Below the pieces are notes generated by a model. It was not told the origin of the DNA. It ran no database searches and saw nothing but the letters and a program-made list of their open reading frames with translations. A program made the position numbers and the translations under genes. 64,000 nt of DNA from a virus, in the IMG/VR virus record IMGVR_UViG_3300018931_000001, positions 7,014 through 71,013 of that record; one strand, written 5' to 3'. Position 1 is the first letter of the stretch. Every line of letters starts with the position of its first letter. This document shows, in pieces, positions 18,796-26,402 of this stretch.

Positions 18796-19064
18796 TATTC
18801 AACACTCCTACTTTCCAGCCGTCTTAAATAATCCCTAAAAAGCATCAAGTCAAAATTAGACTCTACCGTACCTATTTGAATGCTTCCCGTGGTTTGATAG
18901 CTCAGCATTTCTTGAAATTCCCGATCTATACCCAACCGCTCGAATTCTTGCTGTATTTCATCCAATAACTGAGTTTTCTGCTGTTCCTGTTCTGGAGTGC
19001 GATCGGGAGGAACAGCAAAATCTTTAAGCGTGTATTCAAATGGTTCGGAGTTTAAATTAAACAT
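18795..19064 (-). CDS. Hypothetical protein, paralog of the 4649..5404 N-terminus
   Basis: MLFRDYLRRLESRSVE. Confidence 0.8.
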   Translation of the reverse strand: MFNLNSEPFEYTLKDFAVPPDRTPEQEQQKTQLLDEIQQEFERLGIDREFQEMLSYQTTGSIQIGTVESNFDLMLFRDYLRRLESRSVE

Positions 19065-19565
19065 TTACTCACCTGCATAATCTATGTGATTCCACGCTAA
19101 ACCTCTACTAATATTTCCGATCGTTGAACGACTCACTCCGAACAGTTGGGCAATTTCTGGTATAGTAAGTTGCTGCTCAAATAATAACTTTTTTATTTCC
19201 ATAACTTGATTTTCGGTAAATCGGGACTTCCCAGCTCCCTTTACATTAGAACCTTTTGCTTGCTTGTTGCGCCGTCTTTGATTCAACCCGTTTTCAACTT
19301 TAGTTCCTAAAAAAAGATGTTCGGGATTGATGCAAAGCGAATCTTGACACTTATGGTAAACGCATAAACCTTTTGGAATTTCTTCGTTTTTGTATACTTC
19401 GTATGCAATACGGGTAAGTTTAAAGTTTTTATTGTTGATGCTGATTGCTTGAATTTTACATCTGCCTACATTGCATATTTTGTAGTTGGTTATCCAGCAA
19501 TCATTTTTTGAAACAATATGCGATTCAATACGTTTTTGAAGTGATAGTCTTTGATTTGCATCCAT
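19065..19565 (-). CDS. HNH endonuclease with C-terminal HTH
   Basis: DCW, RIAYE, VYHKCQDSLCINPEHLFLGTKVEN. Confidence 0.9.
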   Translation of the reverse strand: MDANQRLSLQKRIESHIVSKNDCWITNYKICNVGRCKIQAISINNKNFKLTRIAYEVYKNEEIPKGLCVYHKCQDSLCINPEHLFLGTKVENGLNQRRRNKQAKGSNVKGAGKSRFTENQVMEIKKLLFEQQLTIPEIAQLFGVSRSTIGNISRGLAWNHIDYAGE

Positions 19566-19577
19566 TTTAACAACTCC

Positions 19578-19988
19578 CTAATTAACAAAAACACCTATCA
19601 ACAAACTTGTCAAAGCAGTCAATACGACAATCAGCCCGATCGCACCCAACATATAACAACTGTTGACCGCCCAGCATTTACCTAATAAACAAGCTTTAGC
19701 ATACGGCACAACCCACCAATCAAAATTAAACCACTCCGTGCCACCATCAATTTTACCTCGATATGTTCTCACCAATTTAAACTGTTTGTGCAGCGACTGT
19801 TCCACAAACAGCATATTAAACGTCCAAGCAACTTGCAACAGTTTTAGCTGAGTGCCATAGGATTGCTTGAGGTATCGCAGTCGGGTTGCGGGCGATCGGG
19901 ATAAGCCTATTTTGTAAAGTTGCACGGCGGGGTCGTAAATTAGATACACGTAACCGGGGACGGCGTGGTTCTGTTGTTTAATATTCAT
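19578..19988 (-). CDS. GIY-YIG (T5orf172/MUG113-like) protein with C-terminal TM anchor
   Basis: GYVYLI...YKIGLS..PATRL...EQSLHKQF...GTEWF; ends LGAIGLIVVLTALTSLLIGVFVN. Confidence 0.85.
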   Translation of the reverse strand: MNIKQQNHAVPGYVYLIYDPAVQLYKIGLSRSPATRLRYLKQSYGTQLKLLQVAWTFNMLFVEQSLHKQFKLVRTYRGKIDGGTEWFNFDWWVVPYAKACLLGKCWAVNSCYMLGAIGLIVVLTALTSLLIGVFVN

Positions 19989-20181
19989 GGTTATACCTCT
20001 TTTGTATTACTTCTCTAACAAAACCTTTAACTAAGCCAGGTTCCACGTTGCGCCGATTAGCTGTTATTTCGTGTACAGACGCTGAGTCTAAAGATTCGTC
20101 ATACGCCAAGAGATCAATAGCATCTATTGAGGCTTCTACTTTGGCGTCATGCACTCTTTCTGGTAAATCAGAATATTTCAT
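19978..20181 (-). CDS. Small hypothetical protein
   Basis: 67-aa ORF overlapping the next start. Confidence 0.65.
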   Translation of the reverse strand: MKYSDLPERVHDAKVEASIDAIDLLAYDESLDSASVHEITANRRNVEPGLVKGFVREVIQKRYNHEY

Positions 20182-20194
20182 GGTTGTTACAGTT

Positions 20195-21643
20195 TTAAAT
20201 TTTAACTTCTTCTTTTTTCCTTACTTGATAAGGAATGTTGTACGCATCCAAAATTTTTCGCACTCGATCAAGTGCCATTACGAACTTGCGAGAATCGCCG
20301 CTTGATCGCGCTTGATAAACAATTCCGCAAACGTGTCGCTGGTTTTGATTTTTTTCAATCAGCCACAGCTTTAGAATCCAATTTCTCTCGACAACAGAAA
20401 TCTCTGAGTTGTGACGAGGGTCGATCGGCACAAGCGGATCTTCCATAGTTTTCAAAAACGCTAAGAAGTTTTCCAAAGGTTCTTCAAGCGCGGATTTTGC
20501 GCTAAAAGTGTCGATTGCTGCGCTTTGGTACTCGCTAACCGCGCTATCCTCTACGCGGGCTGAAATTGAGGCTGCGTCGGGCATAAACGAGAATTGCATT
20601 GCGCCCTTGGCAATTGAGAGCGCAATCTTCTCGCTTTGCAATCTTTGCTGGACTAAACCTAAATAAGGTCTAATTTTTGCTTCAGAATAATCAATCCTGA
20701 GACGAACAAAAATGCGCCCGTCCTCGTGCAAATAACTGCTTTTATACTGGCAGTTAATACCTTGAGATTTGAGCACGTCGCGAATAGTTCTAGCTGCGAT
20801 CGTGCTAGGCTGCAAATCTTCTGGAAAAGATTCCTGCAACTGTGCGATCGTGTTGGCTGCGTGAGAAAGTTCTGATTCCAACTGTTCGATTCTGGCTTTG
20901 AGTTGATCGACTTGTTCGTGGTGCTTCTCCAAAAACTCTTTTTTGAATTCTTTAAATTCATCTTCGCGCAACTTGCAAACTTCTTCAAATTCAGATTGTT
21001 GTTTGGCGTAAAAATCTTGAATTTCCTTAGTTTTTTGTGCTTCAAGTTCTTCAATTTCAGCAATTGAGAAAGATTCTTCTTCATTTAATTGAGCTTTTCT
21101 CTCCGCTAATTCTGCTAGCTCTTGTTCGCACTGCTGCTCGAACTGCAAACGCTCTCTTTCGAGGGTTAGCCTGGATTCTTCAAGTATTTTAGCTTTAAGG
21201 GCTTCTACTCTAGATTGCAGCTCAAGTTCTTCTTCCTCAATAGCTTGCTCGCGAGCAGTAACTTCAGCTTCGCGCTCGCTCAGCTCCATACGATCGGCAC
21301 TCAACAAAGCATCTATACGCTGCCGGGAAAGTTCTTCTTGTGCAGCGATAGTTTCTTCAATGTCAATAAGCTCTTTGCGGCGGATACTGATAAATTCTTC
21401 TAAATTTAAATTCTGAATTTCTAAATTACTAAATGTTTGGTTTAGAGATTCAAAGTATTTAAAGAAGTTGGGAGATACTTGCAAAAATACTAACCCTAAC
21501 AGAATCTCTCCAGATTGAGCTAAAACACTAATTTTACCGGGAAAAGCGCGGGCCGTGACGGCACAACCTAAAGCGCTTACTGCTAATGTGTACTGGCAAC
21601 TTTCCCGCAATATTTTTTTCCAATTACGTGCGGGCTTTTCCAT
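20195..21643 (-). CDS. Membrane-anchored long coiled-coil protein with an FtsK-alpha-like segment
   Basis: Two N-terminal hydrophobic segments, about 200 aa of E/Q/K coiled coil, then IRDVLKSQGINCQY...IFVRL...LSIAKGAMQFSF; no Walker A seen. Confidence 0.7.
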   Translation of the reverse strand: MEKPARNWKKILRESCQYTLAVSALGCAVTARAFPGKISVLAQSGEILLGLVFLQVSPNFFKYFESLNQTFSNLEIQNLNLEEFISIRRKELIDIEETIAAQEELSRQRIDALLSADRMELSEREAEVTAREQAIEEEELELQSRVEALKAKILEESRLTLERERLQFEQQCEQELAELAERKAQLNEEESFSIAEIEELEAQKTKEIQDFYAKQQSEFEEVCKLREDEFKEFKKEFLEKHHEQVDQLKARIEQLESELSHAANTIAQLQESFPEDLQPSTIAARTIRDVLKSQGINCQYKSSYLHEDGRIFVRLRIDYSEAKIRPYLGLVQQRLQSEKIALSIAKGAMQFSFMPDAASISARVEDSAVSEYQSAAIDTFSAKSALEEPLENFLAFLKTMEDPLVPIDPRHNSEISVVERNWILKLWLIEKNQNQRHVCGIVYQARSSGDSRKFVMALDRVRKILDAYNIPYQVRKKEEVKI

Positions 21644-21818
21644 ACTTTTTAATTCGTTCGTAAACTAAGAGTAATGCTAGGGCAATCAGGGAGGCAACAG
21701 CGCCGCTCAAAATATTTTTGCTATTGGGATGCTTGTATATTTTGAGGGCTAGCGCAATCGCCAGCCCCGATAAATCGACAGCTAGCACTCCGATAACAGC
21801 GAAGTACAACTGTTTCAT
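21624..21818 (-). CDS. Small 2-TM membrane protein
   Basis: Two hydrophobic helices and a basic C-tail. Confidence 0.75.
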   Translation of the reverse strand: MKQLYFAVIGVLAVDLSGLAIALALKIYKHPNSKNILSGAVASLIALALLLVYERIKKYGKART

Positions 21819-21821
21819 TGA

Positions 21822-22313
21822 TTACACCTCAACGGGGGTTTTGGCGCGGGATTTGATGTTATTGGCAGCGCGGGAATTGAAAGACAAATCAGGTGTTTCT
21901 GTGCCGCGCACCTTGAGGGTTTTGATTTTGAGTTGCAGGTTCTGCCCTTCTGACTTTAACGTTCCCATAGTGCGGGTAAAACTTAAGTCGTTCTGAGCGA
22001 TCGCCTTAAGTTCTAAGGCTGTTTCGTGTTTGATAGAAGCCGTGTCGCGCTTAACTTCCTGAGTGTCAGCTTTGATTTTCTGAGTTTCTTCCCAGGCTTT
22101 TGCACCGCGTTCTTTATGTTTCCAGCCTGCTTTCATGTGGGTTTGCACTACTTTTTTGCTGGCTGCAATTTCTGTTTCGTAAGCTAAATCGGTTACTAAA
22201 CTCATGATTGTGTTCCTTGTATTGATTGATTTACAAGCCCAGAGACTGGCTCGAACCAGCTTGTTTCTACTTTTTAGGGCAATTATCTCAGGCATCAGTA
22301 GACTAGCCTCCAA
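21822..22313 (-). CDS. Basic coiled-coil protein
   Basis: 163-aa ORF in the operon. Confidence 0.65.
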   Translation of the reverse strand: MEASLLMPEIIALKSRNKLVRASLWACKSINTRNTIMSLVTDLAYETEIAASKKVVQTHMKAGWKHKERGAKAWEETQKIKADTQEVKRDTASIKHETALELKAIAQNDLSFTRTMGTLKSEGQNLQLKIKTLKVRGTETPDLSFNSRAANNIKSRAKTPVEV

Positions 22314-22319
22314 ATTAAA

Positions 22320-22646
22320 TTAACGTCCAAGAATTCGCTTACAATAAGCCGCAGTTTCTCTTTTTGTGGCAGACATATCTCCTTGCAACTGAACAAGATG
22401 TGACTTTGCCCGATCAAGCTGGTAATTTTGCTGACTTGCGCCTAAAATTGTACCGATACCCAAACCTGCAACTCCACAAATTCCACCAATTACAAGTGCT
22501 GTTTTTAGCACCGTAGGCTGCTGTTGATGGTGTTTGAAATTTGTGCCTAACGCAGGCGTTCCAGTTTCCAAATTGATAATAGGCTGCGGTTGGCTATCAA
22601 TGTTTACTGTGATTGAGTGTTTTTGGTCTGGATATTGCTGCTGCAT
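22320..22646 (-). CDS. Single-TM protein with Gly-zipper and short coiled coil
   Basis: ALVIGGICGVAGLGIGTILGA. Confidence 0.75.
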   Translation of the reverse strand: MQQQYPDQKHSITVNIDSQPQPIINLETGTPALGTNFKHHQQQPTVLKTALVIGGICGVAGLGIGTILGASQQNYQLDRAKSHLVQLQGDMSATKRETAAYCKRILGR

Positions 22647-22933
22647 TTTTTGTCGCTTTCCACTAATTCAATCCAAAGATGTCCATCTAAAATCGCCATA
22701 TGCTCAGTCGGACTGATGCCATGACAAAGCTGGTTGTCAAATTCATCTCTTACCTTCCATTCCCATTTCTCAGTCTTAGAAACAATAATTGTGAATCCTT
22801 GGGGAATAAAAAACTCTGGATGGGTTAAAGTTATTTGCCTCCAGTATTTGCGTCTAAACAGTATCTGCGCGCAAATATTAATTATGTTTTGCAAAATTTT
22901 TGTGGATAGCAAACCAAATAAATTTTTTAGCAT
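22604..22933 (-). CDS. Hypothetical protein (start ATG 22933)
   Basis: MLKNLFGLL...WEWKVRD...CHG. Confidence 0.6.
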   Translation of the reverse strand: MLKNLFGLLSTKILQNIINICAQILFRRKYWRQITLTHPEFFIPQGFTIIVSKTEKWEWKVRDEFDNQLCHGISPTEHMAILDGHLWIELVESDKKCSSNIQTKNTQSQ

Positions 22934-23125
22934 CTCACAATCCCACCATCTGATAAACGCTTTCGATGTCAATTTTGTAGTTAATCGGCGATCCAAACAA
23001 ACTTTTAACCCATCCCCACATATGCTTTTCTCCTGTTGTTGATGACTTAGAAGTTTTTGATATCAATTCTGCAATTTGCCGATTGCTAAGTTGGTTTAAT
23101 AACTCCAGTAAAAGTGCTTCTAGAG

Positions 23126-23770
23126 CTAAAGCTTGACTCCGAGGTTCTTGAGTGCAGCGTAAGCATCCAGTGGCGTTGCAGCCCCCGTTTGTGCTGTCTG
23201 AGTGTACGTCTGCGAGGACAATTGCGAGTTTGTCAAAAAATCATCACCCGCGCTGTCTTTGAGGAGTGCGTTGAGCCGATCGCGCGATGCTTGACCTTTG
23301 TTAAATACAGCATCGCGAACAAGCATTGCACCCTCGCGCTCTTTTGTGGCCCGAACCAATTCCTTCACAACTCCGACCCGCAATCCATCATCAGCCGCCT
23401 GCTGAATCTCTGTCTCTAGAATGTGAGCTTGTTGGCTCTCAGACGCGCTCATTGCGTTAGAAAGCCCTGTTTGGCGGATTTCAGCAATCCCTATTTCGTC
23501 CGCTTGTGACACGGGCGCGGATTCAGAAACTTGCTTGATCGCATTTTCTGCATCTATCGGTTGATTTGCAGGATTGGATTCTAATTCTTGCTCAATTCCA
23601 GGCGTCAACTGGTGCGTAATATTTTGAGCAAATTGCTTTTTAATTAAGTTTATTTGCTCTGGCAAAAACTGGGTTTTGAAATTAACACCCCGCAAGCCGA
23701 CTTGAACAGCTAACCGCAAAACTTCAGCATCGGAAACTTGTAATTCAATAGCTAATTGTTTAGGTTTCAT
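23126..23770 (-). CDS. Protein with IF2-N-like HTH and helical body; candidate -1 frameshift
   Basis: MKPKQLAIELQVSDAEVLRLAVQVGL; slippery T TTT TTG at 23240-23234. Confidence 0.75.
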   Translation of the reverse strand: MKPKQLAIELQVSDAEVLRLAVQVGLRGVNFKTQFLPEQINLIKKQFAQNITHQLTPGIEQELESNPANQPIDAENAIKQVSESAPVSQADEIGIAEIRQTGLSNAMSASESQQAHILETEIQQAADDGLRVGVVKELVRATKEREGAMLVRDAVFNKGQASRDRLNALLKDSAGDDFLTNSQLSSQTYTQTAQTGAATPLDAYAALKNLGVKL

Positions 23771-24195
23771 TTTTTGTTGAATTCCTTATAAAAACAACTG
23801 TGAGTCAGGCGATCGGCATGAGCAATTAAATGCTGTTTTAGTTCTTCTATCAAAGGTTTTGGTTTGCGAGCCATAAACTTTTTTATGTACTTCAAAACCC
23901 ACATTTGATGGTGGTTCCAGGGGGTTCCCGGCATTAACACCGCTTCGCCCGTACCGGGGTCAAATAAATAATCAGAAAGTTTTTGACCGTTTGTTTCGGC
24001 GTAAATTTCAATTATTAATTCTTCCCATTCGTAAGCCGTTTGCCTGCAAACCTTAAGGTGTTGCTCAATAAAATATTTTCGAGTCCACCCCGTTATGCGT
24101 TCGCGAGCTTTTTGCGACCTTAACGTACAAATTTTAGGGGTTATTGCCGTCATCTTCCCGCCTGTCACGTCCCAGAACGGGACTGTTGCAAACAT
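23767..24195 (-). CDS. Hypothetical HTH-like protein
   Basis: WTRKYFIEQHLKVCRQTAYEWE. Confidence 0.6.
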   Translation of the reverse strand: MFATVPFWDVTGGKMTAITPKICTLRSQKARERITGWTRKYFIEQHLKVCRQTAYEWEELIIEIYAETNGQKLSDYLFDPGTGEAVLMPGTPWNHHQMWVLKYIKKFMARKPKPLIEELKQHLIAHADRLTHSCFYKEFNKK

Positions 24196-24367
24196 TCCAA
24201 AAACTGGTGTAGCTTCTGGCTTTTGAGTCTTCAGTCAATCTGGCGATCGCATCAGCTTGCGACAGCGCCGGCACCTGAAACACTAAAACTGATTGAAATC
24301 GTTCTACCTGAACAGGGTACATTTGCAACATTTTGACCTCCACCAGACAAGTTTCAAAACACCTCAA
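24134..24367 (-). CDS. Small hypothetical protein
   Basis: 77-aa ORF in the operon. Confidence 0.45.
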   Translation of the reverse strand: MRCFETCLVEVKMLQMYPVQVERFQSVLVFQVPALSQADAIARLTEDSKARSYTSFWNVCNSPVLGRDRREDDGNNP

Positions 24368-24506
24368 ATGCTTGTGCTACAAACAATTTGAGCTATCGGA
24401 CTAGACAGGTACTGACTAGACGCAACTCGTGTCTAGCGACCCGTGTCTATTTCGATAAACCAACAATAAACCCCTCGCTTGGAGGGGTAAACTGACTGGG
24501 TAAGGT

Positions 24507-24677
24507 TTAATTCGATTCGGCTTTTTTCGTTTTTTTCTCGTGGTGAAATCGCTCTTCTTCCCATCCTGCTCTTGCTATGTTCGATCGTAAATCGTCTTTT
24601 CTACCTCCAGACTGGTAGTGCCACTGACCTTTAATCCATTCAAAGTCCCATTCGGGCGTCCCATATTCAGCACTCAT
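24507..24677 (-). CDS. Small hypothetical protein (MSAEYGTPEW...)
   Basis: ATGA overlap with the upstream HTH gene. Confidence 0.55.
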   Translation of the reverse strand: MSAEYGTPEWDFEWIKGQWHYQSGGRKDDLRSNIARAGWEEERFHHEKKTKKAESN

Positions 24678-24940
24678 AATCCCCACTCCCGTTTCCATTT
24701 TTCTTGTAGAGCGGCAGCGTGCATCTTTACCCATTTATTAGGAGGGCGACGCTTGGAAAGCCAAGTATAAAGCGTGTTGGGGTCACAACCAAAAGCCTCT
24801 GCAAATTGTCGCTGATTCCATCCAAATTTTGCCGAAGCTTGATAAAAAAGCATAGTTGGATCGAGCTCTGCTGGTTCAACGATCGGCGGTGCAGCAATTT
24901 TGCCGCGCTGCACGGCGGTTGATGATGATAAACTAGGCAT
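24674..24940 (-). CDS. XRE/Cro-like HTH regulator
   Basis: GWNQRQFAEAFGCDPNTLYTWLSKRRPP. Confidence 0.85.
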   Translation of the reverse strand: MPSLSSSTAVQRGKIAAPPIVEPAELDPTMLFYQASAKFGWNQRQFAEAFGCDPNTLYTWLSKRRPPNKWVKMHAAALQEKWKREWGL

Positions 24941-25016
24941 ATCGTTCTATGGCTCTATACGGTGTTAGTGGGCGATCGGCCCCGAGTGTTTGCTGCACTG
25001 CGGGGCACTTCAATTT

Positions 25017-25313
25017 TTACAAGTGAGCATCAAGCGGTTTAGTGAGTTCTGACAGCAAAGCGATTCGGGGTTTAGCATCGTCGATATGCAGAAAATCAGC
25101 ACATACCAACGTCAACAAATCTTTAAAATACGCCTGACCTAGTTGGTCTTCGGTAATGGTAACTGAATCAGGAATCCCCCTGAACCACAACTGCAACTCG
25201 TTTTGAGCAGTCAAATGAAAAGAAACAATTTCATCGGTATCAATTCCTAAATAAGGAATTTCACCTTTAAGCCCGATGACGTGTTGATTGTTTAATGGAA
25301 ATCTAATTTTCAC
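25017..25313 (-). CDS. Hypothetical protein (GTG start 25313)
   Basis: AGGAGG upstream; 3' part of ORF 25017..25802, whose 5' part overlaps the HNH gene. Confidence 0.6.
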   Translation of the reverse strand: MKIRFPLNNQHVIGLKGEIPYLGIDTDEIVSFHLTAQNELQLWFRGIPDSVTITEDQLGQAYFKDLLTLVCADFLHIDDAKPRIALLSELTKPLDAHL

Positions 25314-25326
25314 TCCTTCATTCCTC

Positions 25327-25824
25327 CTAATTGTTTCTCCGCTGCTGTTCGCGCTTGTTGTGGCACGGAACGCAGACACATTCCACGGCCAAATGATTGA
25401 TGGTGGCGTAGCCCAAATAGTGATCGTATTCGTGCTGTCTGTCGCTCCCAATATGTCCGCAGTCGGTGCAAGGCACAGTTCGAGCATGGGGCAATTTGCC
25501 ATTTCTAACCATGTGATTAACTCGATTGCGGGCTTGCTGTTTATCGCCGTCCCTGGGAGGATAAACGGCAAAACCTCGCGGTTTTCGTTGATCGAGCGGG
25601 ACGGGTTCGTAGCGCTGGCGGTCTTTAGCTCGCGTGCAACTTTTGCATTTGTTGCTTTTACCGTCGATCGCGCCTGAATCTTTGTTGAAAAAAGCGAGTG
25701 GTACCCAGGTTTTACAAGCTGAACACCACTTAAAACCTGATTGGCGTTTTTGAAAATACTCTTGCCAAGTGCAGCCAATTCTACAAGCGGCTGATTTTGC
25801 ACCTCCTAATTTTGTGTTAGCCAT
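25327..25824 (-). CDS. Zinc-finger HNH endonuclease-like protein
   Basis: WCSACK...CKSC, PCTDCG...HEYDHYLGY...VCVPCH. Confidence 0.85.
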   Translation of the reverse strand: MANTKLGGAKSAACRIGCTWQEYFQKRQSGFKWCSACKTWVPLAFFNKDSGAIDGKSNKCKSCTRAKDRQRYEPVPLDQRKPRGFAVYPPRDGDKQQARNRVNHMVRNGKLPHARTVPCTDCGHIGSDRQHEYDHYLGYATINHLAVECVCVPCHNKREQQRRNN

Positions 25825-25858
25825 CTACTCTTTACCTCCCATTCAAGGTTTCTGTTAA

Positions 25859-26173
25859 TTATGGGCGTGCCTTTTTCAGTCTTTTATCAAGCTCTTCTTG
25901 GGTACTAATGCCACCGCGTACATCTGTCGAATTAGGGTCTACTCCAAAAGCCTTTAGCTTGTGTTTCCACTTGGCTTTTACCTCGTCGTCACAGTGTGCC
26001 ATTGCATCCTCCCAAGTAGGAGATTTCCCTTGTGGGTGATTGGCGACAAATAGCATTTGATATTTGAGCGTTGTCGGATCGTGCGGCTCCTCGTCCGGGT
26101 GCTTCTGACCACAAATTTGGCAGCCATCGGGAGCGGAAGGAAGCACGTAAAACTTGCCTTTTTCTATTTCCAT
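25859..26173 (-). CDS. Phage Zn-binding hypothetical protein
   Basis: CQICGQKH..EPH...PTWEDAMAHC; GAGG upstream. Confidence 0.75.
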   Translation of the reverse strand: MEIEKGKFYVLPSAPDGCQICGQKHPDEEPHDPTTLKYQMLFVANHPQGKSPTWEDAMAHCDDEVKAKWKHKLKAFGVDPNSTDVRGGISTQEELDKRLKKARP

Positions 26174-26402
26174 TGATTACCTCACTACTAATTGAATTTA
26201 CCCACCACCTCAACTGATCGCACTTCGAGCTGCTAGTTCTCAAGGTTTTGGTGATATTGATAAAAGCCCGTCTCTCCGGACTGTTACGCCACAGCTACAC
26301 TTATAGTGTACAGCTTGCACTTGTTATTGTCTATACGTCGCTGGATGAATTAACGATACACAGTTCAAACTATACTGGGGCTATTGTTTCAAGAATTCTA
26401 AT

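Noticed and set aside
25314-25802. 5' part of the 261-aa ORF 25017..25802 as real dual coding
   Set aside because: It overlaps a clear HNH gene; an RBS and GTG at 25313 explain the 3' part alone.
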